Source of the DNA: Octopus vulgaris
Taxonomy: Eukaryota
Assembly: GCA_951406725.2 (NCBI GenBank)
Contig: OX597825.1
Location: 1,240,001-1,304,000, forward strand
Direction of reading: 5' to 3'
DNA: 64,000 nt
Of the stretch, positions 1 to 12,131 are shown piece after piece. How positions within the stretch are numbered: the first letter of the stretch is position 1; every line of letters begins with the position of its first letter. The translations under genes and the position numbers were made by a program. The notes under the pieces were generated by a model. It was not told where the DNA came from. It did no database searches and was given only the letters and a program-made list of their open reading frames with translations.

Positions 1-1229
1 ATTGGGTGTTATACACGGGCATATGGGTATATATATATGTGTGTGTGTGTGTATGTATATGTGGTTATACACATATGAGAGTGTTATACATGTGTGTGTG
101 TATGTGTGTAGTCATATATATGTGAGATTATCCATGCAATAAATAGAGAAAATCTCCCTATTAGGAATTTTAAAATTCAAAACCTAAGCAAGAGTGATAA
201 TGCCAACATTATCAGCCAATCAAAATTGTTATAAAAGGACGATGCCTACAGGAGTGGATCTAATTTCGTCATCTTCCATTAGGCTTGTCAAGTAAAAGAG
301 AAAAAAGCATTACATTATAGATTTTTAAATAGTGCATCCAACATCAACCAGAATAAGAAACAATTTCACAAACCAATTAGGAAGCCTCTACATGGTTGTT
401 ACATCTGCTAGAAATAGCAGTCAAATGCTTCCCAGGAAGGACACGGGATAAAGTAGTCCTAATTATGGAATGTTCAAAAGAACAAAGGGGTCAATACTGA
501 TTGCCTTTGATCACAGAATTGTTCAGTTGGTGTTGATGTAGAACTTGCTGCCCCCACCATGAACATAGCTAACATACTTCTAGAGAAATAGCTGCAACAG
601 AAGAGCTTAGTTAATAACAAACCTCTTTAGCTGATCTGAAAAATACCTTTCATAGGATCCCTTCAGTTTATAATTTGAGGAAATTAAGCACAGATTAATG
701 TATCCGGGTGTTGCACACATCATATATTAGGGTGGTCAAAGACTGGCTGTGAAATTTGTGAGAATGAAAGGCAGAGCCAAGTGTTTACCAGGGTTATTTG
801 CTTTTCCCCCAGTTTTTTCTTGAAGCAATGACACAAAAGTTTAAAACTGGATGTCCACAGCAACTTTTACAGACAGATAACCTAATTTTTATTGCAGGTT
901 CTAATGACATGCTGAAGACAAAATCCCAGATTTCAAACAATGGCTTAGATTCCAAAACAAAGACCTAAGATGTAATTAGTAGAATGTCATCTGAAAAGTA
1001 ACTTTTACTAATATTAGAAAGGAGGTATGGGAGGATCAAAAGTGTACGGTCAGTTTAAATAATGAGGATACTATTGCAATATGACTGACGAAGGTTTCAC
1101 AAGTGTTAACTGCACAAGAACAGTAATATAGAAGCATCTTGCGATCAAAGTATATTGCAATGGAAGCATCCTTGGAATTGCTTAAATGGTTTGCTTCATG
1201 AAGCTGATAAATCTGTGGTCACTACTTCA

Positions 1230-1478
1230 TCTTTTATCTTTGACTTTTGTGGCAATCATTTGACTGTGGCCATGCTGGGGTACTACCTTGAAAAGTTTTT
1301 TAATCAAACAAATTGACCTCAGGGCTTATTTTACTTATTCTATCAGTGTCTTTTGCTGAACTGCTAAGTTACAAGGACGTAAACACACCAACATCAGTTG
1401 TCAAATGGTGGTGGTGGTGGTGGTGGAAATACACAAACATGCAACATAGATATATACATATACATATCTATCTATCTA

Positions 1479-1516
<38 letters not shown>

Positions 1517-1674
1517 TCTTCTTTCAGTTTCTGTCTACCAGATCCACTCATAAGGCTTTGTTCGACCTGAGATAATAGTAGAAGACACTTGCCCAAGGTG
1601 CCACTCAGTGGGATCGAATCTCAAAGAATGTGGTTGGGAAGCAAGCTTCTTACCACACAGCCACATCTGTGCCT
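1230..1674 (-). mobile_element. tRNA-derived SINE family A, full length, with internal microsatellite
   Basis: Reverse strand begins AGGCACAGATGTGGCTGTGTGGTAAGAAGCTTGCTTCCCAACCAC..TTCGATCCCACTG (A/B-box-like) and ends in an AAAGATAAAAG tail; many homologues in the window. Confidence 0.85.
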
Positions 1675-4136
1675 ACTTCTGTAAAAACGTTTATGCAATT
1701 CTGGGCAAAGAAAAGTATCTTTCTCTTTGCTAAAGCAAACTCTATGGAGTATCTGGAATTAATAAGTAACGTGATTATTGAGTGTGGAGTGTGTGCAAGG
1801 ATGCTACAGTAAAAAAAAAAAAAGAGGTGCTTATAAAGCTGTTGGGTGTGCAATACCAATATATAGGAAGATATTGAAATGAGAGTGTGATTGGGAATTA
1901 AGAGTGTTGGCTGAGGTATATAGGAATGACAACAGCATTATACGGTCAGGATCAAGAGAATATGACAGAAGATCTAGGAAGAAGTAATGAGGTCAGATTT
2001 TAGGCTAAAGAACCTCATGAATGTGTTGGCAAAAGGGTTACATGAGTGGTGATGCACAGCAGGGCTGTCAAGGGGATTTCCAATATATGAAATGTGGACA
2101 AAAGATGGGTGCTATAATGATGATGATAATGATGTGTAGAGTAGTTGTTTGGTCCTTGGTCAACCAAAGGGAGCAGGCCTACGATCAAGGGCATTTCTGC
2201 CATAACCATTTCATAATTTGGGGGTTTAGAAGTCTGTCTACATCTACTACATTGAACGCATTTGTTTCTCCTCCAAGGCAGTTGGGTATTATTTGGGGGA
2301 TTAGTAGCCATTTTTAGCAGATCAATCACAGAGAAGTACTCTCTCATTGAGGATGTTGGCAGAGGTACCTACTGATTTACCTAGTGCAAATTTGGTTGAT
2401 CAGATTTACTTATATTTTACTTTGGTAAAAGCTGTCTTCAAACAGCTCTAAGCCGACTGCAATCAGAAAACAATCTATACTAGTTTATTGCTATTGTTTA
2501 GCTCCAGAGCAGAATGGTAAAAGAAACCCATGATCATGAATTATTTCAGCCATGATCATTACATCTTTGTTTCTCTGTGTATTCAGGAATTCATTATACA
2601 ATTTATCCTTTTATAAAATGGTAAAGTATGAATTGAAATTTGGTTGCTATTTCTAGCAAGTTGAAAGACCATGTAGAGGCTCCCTTTTGTTATCACTACT
2701 TATTTTGTGATAGAATAACATCTAAGAAAATACGCTGTTGCCGCCGCCGCCGCTGCCAACACTATAGATGTTGTCTTGTCCTTGGCAAGACCAAACAATC
2801 CTCTCTGCTTTACACTATTTCCAGTCACTCAACCAACACCAAAGAGAATCTCCTATTTCTGCTTTGTCTGCTTTTGTTCATTTCTCCCCCCACCCCACGG
2901 CAAGTTTGCGTCAAGGGAGATAATTTCCATTTCATTACTAGTAGTCATGTATTGCTGTTTCCCTTGACACAAGCAGAGAAGTGAAAAGGAGAGAGAAAGA
3001 GAGTGACAGCCAAGAGCCAGGGTGATAGGAATGAGAGGGTGGTAGAAAGAAGAGTAATAAAGTGGGTGGTGGGAGAGAGAGAGTAACGGAAGAAGAGCAG
3101 GATGAAAGCAATGGGGAGATAGAAGAGAGTGTGATGGATGTGTGTGTATATGATAAAGAGAGAGGGAGAGAGAGAGAGAATAATAGGAGAAGCTTTAGAG
3201 AAATGAGCAGAAGAGATATAGATGAAATGATAACAGAGATGGGAGATATAGTATTTGTAAAACAATTTTTTTTTTGCATTGATAATTTCAAAATCAACAC
3301 TTTAAAGTTACTGACATTTTATTTTTAATAAGGTACAACAACTAATAATTATAATGTTTCATGACAATACTACGCATGAGAAAAATTGATAATTGGATTT
3401 AAAATGATTTTTTCTTTCAATTGTTATAATACTGAAGTTGATAAGATAATTGTTCTTTTCTTTCCATTATTTTATATATTTTCTTTTTTTTTTTTCCATC
3501 TACATTTTGATGACATTTGATGTGCTGCTGCTCTTAGCAGAAAGATATTAAGAAAATAATAATAATGAATATTATAAATAGATTATAGATAAAATATTTC
3601 ACTTGATGTAACAGTTGAAATATATGAATAACAGAAGCGAGCAAGAACAAAAATATAGGAAATATAAAGTTTTAAATTCCTACATAGATTTCATCTACAA
3701 AGCATTTTTGATGAATGGTGAAAGGACAATATTGTATTTCTATAAAGATTTATTGCAAACTGAAATTTATAAAAATTATTGATAAACAATTATTATGATC
3801 ATTTTTCCCTTAGAAACGTAAATGACACGAGACATAAAAAAATAAATTTAACTTTAATCTTAGCCAAGGTAAAATAAAATATTCAACAGCTTTAAATAAT
3901 GATTTATTGCATTCAAACAAGATTACATATTTATAAGCAAGGAGGGGACATAAATGATTGATTAAATCTCAGTAGATTCCTACTGGAATAAAAAACAAGG
4001 TTTGCTTTGTAAGATTTGAACTTGCAATCTAAAGGTAGAACAGAGTAACTATGGCTAGGTATTTAGGCAATTACACAACTGTTTCATTGGTGTGTATCAG
4101 AGACTATATTCTCATTTTCCAAAACACTTCATTTCA

Positions 4137-4268
4137 GGTTGCTCCAGTCCACTCAGCTGGCAAAAATGAGTAACACTGCAATGGACTGGTGTCCCGTCCA
4201 GCTGGGGAACACATACGCCATAGAAACTGGGCCCATGAGCCTGGCTAGGCTTTAAAAGGGCGCATTTA
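4137..4268 (+). mobile_element. SINE 3' fragment with a Nin-domain-like core
   Basis: TTGCTCCAGTCCACTCAGCTGG..AAATGAGTA..GCAATGGACTGGTGTCCCGTCCAG resembles the Nin-domain SINE core; TTA-rich tail. Confidence 0.55.
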
Positions 4269-4294
4269 TTATTTATTATATAAAACAATGCCAC

Positions 4295-5005
4295 AAAATA
4301 ACAACTTGAGGTTATTATCGAGAGCCAGGAAAATATTTTAGATCTGATCACTGAAGAGCAAGCTGTATGAGAGCACTGCTCACATGTCTGGGACAGTGCT
4401 GCTTCCATACCTGTTCAAGCCTTTCGGACCATGGATCCTAAAAAATGTCCATTGCAAATGACTAATTAACACAGACTGCTTTACCAGCAAAATACAACCA
4501 CTTCCTCAGCTCGTCGTTTCCTTTTCTTTTGTTTTTTTCTGTCAGACACATCTACTATGACGAGATGAGTGAGGGAGGGAGGGAGCCCATACATAGAAAC
4601 TCAATCTGCAAGAAACAGCAGTTAAGTCTCTCAATTTATGCTCTGTTTTCTTTAAATGAACATATTAGTGAATGTGATCCTATAGAGATCATGTCTGAAA
4701 AAGAAATATAAAATGGTTGTGGTGTTAGATCTTTGATCATAGTGCTCATGGGTTATGCGTGACCTGGGGTTAAGCAACAACAACAAAATTAAATAGGACT
4801 ACGATGCTCTCTGCTTAGACTGCCTAGTGTACCCACGTCTCCTCCTATCATTATCCCTACTGTCCCTTGGCCCCATCTCACTCCTGTTAAAATTCACATT
4901 AAAAGATGATGTTTTAACATCCTTTCTCAGAACTGCTCACATTTTTTCTACAAGCAGCAGTCTGCAAAAGTTCAAGCTGAACATAAAAACCATATTGATC
5001 TCTCT
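4295..5005 (+). mobile_element. Heavily decayed LINE (CR1/L2/Jockey-like) RT C-terminal fragment, interrupted
   Basis: EQAV*EHCSHVWDSAAS resembles the LEYCSHVW motif. SFLRTAHIF...LQKFKLNI resembles the SFFPRT..LQ.FK..VN terminus. Confidence 0.5.
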
Positions 5006-6269
5006 AGTCTGGAAGACCTGCCAAAGGTCATTGGTACTGCTCCTCCCTTTCTGATTAAATATTAAGAGGGGGAAAAAAGCATTATCATAAAATTCCTAAA
5101 ATTAAAACACTCATTCAGTCTGGTTATACTATTCAAAACATTTTTCAAGCAGACAAACAAAAGCTGCTGGGTTTTTCACTGTCCTACTCTAAAGCATATC
5201 ATACTTTTCTTCAACCACTGTGGGGGAACGTGATAATTTCAATTACTTTTTATGAAGCCACCATTCAGCTGCAAGAGAGTTTGGTATAAAACCCACTTAC
5301 ATTAACCATTGTTATGGAAAGTATTATCACTAGAGCATGAACTTACTTTTTTGTTTATTTTGGTTATTCTTTTCACAAAACAGTCATTTTTTAAATAGAA
5401 ATTATGAATGATAGCTAAAAACATTTTCATTTGAATTGTCATAAAAGTAATAACATTTTATTGCAATTAATGAAAGCAACCCTGAAAACAGTAAAATAAA
5501 GATGATATACATTGCTTCTCATTTCTTGCAACACTGTTCTTTGCACTTTGAATATAATTTCAACAAGGCTTTCAGCTTTTGTTTCGAAAATGTCTAACTC
5601 AAAGGTAGCCTCCACAAGTAAAACAATAATCTAGTTAAGTGATAATATATTTAATGCGGAGACCATTAAAAAGCTAACCAGAAATAATTATTTATAGATA
5701 AAGAAAATAATAATATTAGTGAACGACTAACAAAATTTTAATGTTGGTTTGTTAGAAAGGAATTCAAATTCATTTAATTGACAATTCATGTTAAATACTA
5801 CAATAAATTTCCCAGTAAATGTAATCAGCTAAATGGATCCTTCTTTGTTGGTTTCAGAACTGCCTACTTCTTGTATTATAGTAATGTAAGTAGCTGAGTA
5901 TATCACAAGTATTTGTACTCTCAATATCATTTCCAGGTATAACCAGTATGACACAAAGTGAGACATCACCACCACCATCATCGTCAGCATCATCATTTAA
6001 TCTCTACTTTGGCATGGTTACTATGGCTGGATTACTTCAACAATTTCACAGAGTGTACTGGGTGCTTTTTCTGTGGCACCAGCGCTAATGAAGATCACTT
6101 CATAACTTGCAGAGCTAAGGGCCTAAAGTGGCTCCTATAAGTGAGAGTGGATGAGGGGGCGTGTGGCATGGAAAGATGGGAGATGGAAGAGATTAGCGAC
6201 AGGGGTTATTGACCAAAAGGTGGGATAGAACTGAAAGGTCATAGATTGCATGAGAGGGAGGGTGTAGAG

Positions 6270-6528
6270 CAATGGTTCTCAACTGGACTCCATTTGAGAT
6301 TTTGAGTGGTCCACGATAGTATTTTAAAGGCCCAGAAAAATTTTGCTTTAGATGGTTTCTTTCTCTAACATTTTACTCAGTTCAACTTACACAAGAGAAA
6401 ATCAAAATAGGAATTTTGAAATAAGTTTCTATAAAACTAGTTTTAAAACACTGAATGGCTAAGGGGGTTCCCCAGAATAAAATAGCAATCAAAGGAGTTC
6501 ATAGATAAAAGATGGTTAAGAACCTCTG
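6270..6528. mobile_element. hAT (Charlie-type) MITE, 259 bp
   Basis: Imperfect TIRs CAATGGTTCTCAAC / GTTAAGAACCTCTG. 8-bp TSD-like flanks GTGTAGAG (6262-6269) and GTCTAGAA (6529-6536) fit the NTCTAGAN target preference. Confidence 0.75.
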
Positions 6529-9225
6529 GTCTAGAAATTACCAACATTATAAAGGATGAATATGGACAGGAATTATGAAGGAAAGGAGATAGAAAGGAGT
6601 GATAGGCAAGGATGGCAAGGAATCCTAGGAAAATCATTGAAGGAAAGGGAGGGTAGAGTTTTTGACTCAATCAGAATCTACAAAAGAAACCACTTTCCCA
6701 ATGTGCTATACAATGGAATTGAAACTATGAGTTCATGACTGTGGATTGAATGTTGTAACTCTCTGGTCACGCCAACAGCTGCTGTTATTATAAACTTCCT
6801 GCTGAGCAATTTCTGATATAACAACTTTCGTACTTTCAGTTGTGCTTGCAAGAGATTTCGTTCAAGTGTAACAGACACAGAGGCATATACACATTTACAT
6901 TAATCATTGTTAAGGAAAGCATTATCAGCAGAGCATGAAGTTAATTTTTTATATTAAAATTTCTTTTTTTTACAAAGCAGTCAAGTTTAAAAGAATAATT
7001 TGGATGCTAGCTAAAACTTCTTTCATTTGAATTCACCTAAAAATGATAACATTTCATTGAAGTCTCTATGCATTTGCTTGAGAAGCAAGAAACAGCAGCC
7101 AAATTTCCTTTAAATCACATCATACCATCTTCCAAAGTAAAAGAACACTTTGAAAAATATCCTTGATACACTATGCCTATAAAATAAATAAATGAATAAT
7201 AACAATGAATAAATGAATAAATAAAAATCATGGAACAACAAAAGAAAAAATACACATTGTATAATGTAGTCTGAGATACACTTATGTCTAACTGCCACCC
7301 ATACCCACCACAAAAAAAAATGAAAAAAAGTTGGACATAGTTGTAATGGCTTTGATCATAGGTTTACTTGAATCTTGGGGTGAAGCAACAACAACAGCAA
7401 CAAAAGAAAAGACACATCAGGTAGATCCTCTCTACCTGCAAATAATATATTCAGGATGGTCATGGCCAGAACGTCTCTGACTTGTCTTTTCAAAGTTAAT
7501 GGCAAATAACAGTACAGGAAATAATAGATGTAGATTCCCATGGCTAATGAAAGAGGATTCAGTAAAATCCAAAACCATTGCAAAGGCATTGAGTGAACAC
7601 CAATACCTGTTGCCCTGTGGTATGTCTTCTGACTTTTTACACTCTGAACTCAAATACTGCCGAGGTTAACTTTGCCTTTCATCTCTTCATTCCTCCAAAA
7701 TAAAGAGTCAGTCAAGCATTGACATCAAATGATCGATTAATCCCTTCCCTCAAATTTCAGGGCTTTTGCTTATATTAGAAACAAATATCTCTTCTCTAAT
7801 TATTTAGTAAGTTGGTGTGAACCGACACACAGACAATGTCCAACTGTAAGAATAACTATTTTATTCTACATTTATTAAATGCATTAATAAAACCCAAATG
7901 ACCAAATATTTTCTTCTTGAAAAGAAATTTCATAAACAAACTCATGATAAACAAAGTCAAAGACAGAGTCTTTAAAAATACAGACATAAAATGTTGGATT
8001 CAGTTAAATTCCTTCCAACAACTTGAAGTTTTCTCTAATTATTATTTTCAGATTATTTTCAAAGAATTTAGTTCTGTTGTAGTTTTGGCTGATGATGAAA
8101 ATCATATTCATTTATTCTAGAAATTAATAATAAAGAAGTTACAAGCATTTAAATTTATGTAATTTTAGCCAATCAAAAAAAATCCATTTGTAGCAGATTG
8201 TTTGTGCTGATCACCTTTGCTATGAATTGCTATATTAGCACATGCAAACCTTTATATGATTTCTTGATTTGCAAGAAATAGCAGCCAAAACTTCCTTAGA
8301 CTACCTTTTCTATTTGGTAATGTTGTATGCGAGTTGAGGGAGATGTGTTTGCTGCTTGAGCAAGCTATCTGTGCTACTCACAGCTTGATATGTACAGCTC
8401 CATATTGACATGAAAATAAGAAAGAAATACTTCAATTTTGGACTCTGTGATTAATTCACAAAACAGAATCTATTAAACAAAAAAAGAACAAAAGAATGTA
8501 GAACAAAACTATGATGAAATGCTTTCCAACCATGATCATCCTGAGCTTTATTTACAACTAGTTTTTTTCCTGTGACCTTTTTCTTTTAAAGATGTTTGTG
8601 TGTCACATGAAGGAGATTTGGTTGCCGTCTCCAGCAGGCTGAGTTAGATGTGATGTATGGTATACACAGCTTGATCTCAAAGCATTATATTTATATGAAA
8701 ATAAGTACAGAATCTTCCACTCTAAGACTCTGATTAATTCATAAAATAGAATCTATAAAAAAAAACAGAACAAAACGAAACAGTTTCTCCTTTAATGTCA
8801 ACATTAAGAAAATGGCAAAGAAAGAAAGAAACTGATTGATCAAATTGAAAGACAGACAGAAGGACAAACAGACAGCGAGTGAGCCAGAGAGACAGATTGA
8901 CAGAGAGTTACCTTTCGAAAGTTATTACATTACAAAATTACAATTTATTGTGTTATTACATTACAGTATTACAATTTATAATGGATTCTCAATTGAAAGT
9001 ATATTATACTCACACACACACACACACACATCGCACACATACATCTATATACATTTATGCACATGCATACATAAGTGTGTGCATGTATATATATTATACA
9101 TATATATAAATACATACATATAATATATGTATATACATACACATATATGTGTACATATATACTCAATCACATACAATTTTTATATATGATTAAGACAAAA
9201 AAAAAATGGAACAAAACCAAAAAAC

Positions 9226-9331
9226 CTTGCAAATGAAAGACTGTCAGTTGCAGACAAACAGTGAGATGTTAAAATTAAATCAACAATCCAGAATGTAATA
9301 TTCTTAGCTTCAGTTGTCTTCCAGAACATTT
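9226..9331 (-). CDS. Candidate exon containing an ATG and a 34-codon open frame (MFWKTTEAKNITFWIVDLILTSHCLSATDSLSFA), product unknown
   Basis: Strong acceptor cttgtctttctgttcctttttgacag|AAATG and an open frame to AAG|gttttt. The donor is weak and I recognise no homology. Confidence 0.3.
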
Positions 9332-9724
9332 CTGTCAAAAAGGAACAGAAAGACAAGATAAAGTTGGGAAGGGATGGTCGTGAAGAAAATAAGATATTAT
9401 TTTACCAAGAAGTAATTTGACTTAAAAAAGGAAAATACTAAGTAAGTGATAGATCGCTCATTTAATCTGTTGACATAATCTAGTGATTATATTTGACATT
9501 TTAAGCAGCAATCTTGGACAGAATAAGCAACACAAGACTTGAACCATACGCCTGTTGTTTGCTGGGTGATATTGTTACCAATTATACTATACAACAATTG
9601 CCATTCTTCTCAAATTATGGACTAAATTATTTCTGCTTTATCGATTTATTAATACTTTAAATATTGTGACCTAAATTTAATGTTGGAACACAAGTTCTAT
9701 TTCTAAGACAACTAACTATGGGTT

Positions 9725-10126
9725 CGTTTTTGAATGTGGTTTGCGAGATTCTTTATGTGAATTTGTGTGTTGAAACAAATTTTGTTGGGTCCAGGGAGAG
9801 TCATGTCAATATTATTAACACATACACTGGTTCAATTCCATTCCCTTATTAGTCAATTCGTTAAATATGCATCTAACTAATCCATTGTTTGTTTAATTTT
9901 GGTTAAACAGTAAGCCATTTGTTTTGTTTTTGTTTGTCAAAGCTTTTTCATTGAAAAGGTTGGAAATAGCAAAAACAAAACAAATGACTAACTGTTTAAC
10001 CAAATTAAAAAACAAACAATTGATTCGTTGGATATTTATCCAATTGACAAATAATAAAGGAGTGGAATTGAACCAGTGCATGTGTTAATAATATTGGCCT
10101 AATGACCCTCCCTAGACCCAACCAAA
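9725..10126. mobile_element. Fold-back insertion with ~150-bp inverted arms and a 12-bp TSD (Penelope-like pseudo-LTR structure inferred)
   Basis: Arms 9784-9932 and 9970-10122 are imperfect reverse complements. Direct repeat TAACTATGGGTT at 9713-9724 and 10127-10138. Homologous to 24524-24740. Confidence 0.75.
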
Positions 10127-10169
10127 TAACTATGGGTTAAATAACGTGTCACCACCTGGACCAGGATTA

Positions 10170-10640
10170 TTTTGAAATCTTAGGATGCAGCATGATGGAT
10201 GTGAACTATTTTGGCCGATGAACTCATTGAGTCAATGGTGAGTATCACTGGACGTTGAGTGGACGATCAGACAACAAACTGCCAATGACCAGGATCAAAC
10301 ACTTCGGTGAATAAACTAATATTATTATCTGCAGTTGTGGCAGACACAGATGAAATATTTCCACAAGTGAAAGATGAATGCGACTGTAGTGAGACATGTT
10401 AGCACTATTTTGTTGTGATGGCAAAACACAGTTGTGCTATGCCTGAAACATCTAGTTGCTGCTGGCAGTGGAAGGATACATGTGACCCAGTGGTGAAGAA
10501 TAAGTTTTGAAAGGCAATCATCAGTTCCTGAGAAAACATTGAAATGTAAACACATCAGCTGTTCGTCCAAACGACAAAACGTTGCTGAATTATTGCTGAT
10601 CAGAAAACAGCATTCATACAACCACGGGGTTTCTACTTCA
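10170..10640 (-). mobile_element. Possible degenerate Tc1 transposase N-terminal remnant
   Basis: Reverse strand gives LLSDRPLN..PLTQ (cf. GLRSRRPL..PLT); otherwise highly decayed. Confidence 0.3.
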
Positions 10641-11129
10641 CCTCACAACCACCACAGAACTCATTGGATATCTTAGATTTGCAGCCAAGCACTGGATCTG
10701 ACTACCTTTATATTTATTAAGAAATTAACTCATGTCTTGCTACACCCTGTTGCCTTGAACACTTATCTTTGATGTGCCTACTACTTCATGTGTGATCAAG
10801 GAATAAATTAGGTTTATTTACCAAAAAATTACCTTTTGATATTTATCATTACCTTCATGGAAAACATTCATTTATACATTTCAAACCATTTTGCATGCAC
10901 ACATCTAAATATACTTTCCAAAGTAGTGATCCCAACTCTTCCTTTTCTTCTTGTTACCTGACTAAAACCCAGACCAAACATTCATGCCACAATGTTCATT
11001 CAGGATGTCTGGCGTAGAAGAGAAAAGTACAATGGGCTTGGCAAGTCAGCTGACCTGGATGGATGGATTTCTGAGATATGGTGTCTTTAGGAAGTTTCAC
11101 AATACTTGCATTTGATGACATTATATAGA

Positions 11130-11520
11130 TTTCTAACATTGACACATAGTCTCATGTTTTGGGGAAGAAAAATGATGATGTGCACACACACACACCCACA
11201 CATCTTTTGCCGATGTAGTGACAGATGTAAAATTCAATGAGAAAAATTGATAGACAGGCATTTTCCAACAAAAGTACCGTGACATTTGTTCAAAGTTGCA
11301 TCGAAATGCTCTCTTGACACCTACCCTAATGTTATTACAGCAAACCAGTAATTGGCCCATTAAAAACCTGAAACCATAATTGCAACTCTTCACAAATGTC
11401 ATTTGCAGTAATAGAAGAGAGATACATGTTGCATTCAGCAAACTGGTGATTGCAGTGTGTTGGTGTGTGTTTTGAATGCAACAGAGAACATTTATACGTG
11501 TGACACATCCTCTGTTTCAG
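11130..11520 (-). mobile_element. Degenerate mariner transposase remnant
   Basis: Minus-strand peptides ITANDICEELQL (cf. ITVDEIAEELGI) and VTTSAKDVWV..HHHFSSPKHE (cf. IVTGDETWVHHF.PE) occur in the expected order. Confidence 0.45.
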
Positions 11521-12031
11521 ATACAAGAGTGATACTCACGTCAATAAGGAAGCCTCAACAAGGTCACTCAGTTTATTAGAAATAGTAGCTAAATCTTCTT
11601 TATGTCACACTGTACCAGCCCCAAAATATGAATTCCACATTTTGGAATGCAGTTTTATTCATGTCATATACGGAAGATTACCATGAAAAGTAATTAGAAA
11701 TTGTGAAGCCTTGTAATTATGCTTTAAGACAATAAGACACAGTTGTTATGTAACCCCAGGATAGCCTTGACTGAGCTAAGCTATGATCCAAAGTGTTCCA
11801 ACCAGGACCTTCCTGTGTTTTGGGAATATCTAGGAACACATTTTCCAGTGTGCCCCTCCCTTTCTAAAGATGGTAGGTTGGAATTTTAGGTAGATTTTGT
11901 TGCTGCTGCCAGTAAGGTGAGTGACAACAGAGTTACACAGATGTCAGTTAAATATGAACAGAGACTGCTACCAAATGTGTAAACCATAATCAAACCTAAA
12001 GGTTCCCTCAAACCAACACAGAATGAAGAGA

Positions 12032-12131
<100 letters not shown>

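Noticed and set aside
1590-1674. tRNA-like sequence (also in other SINE heads)
   Set aside because: A/B-box-like motifs belong to SINE heads; no complete cloverleaf
3062-3328. Acidic/Arg-rich 88-aa ORF
   Set aside because: Low-complexity purine tract with a non-ATG start; no recognisable domain or splice context
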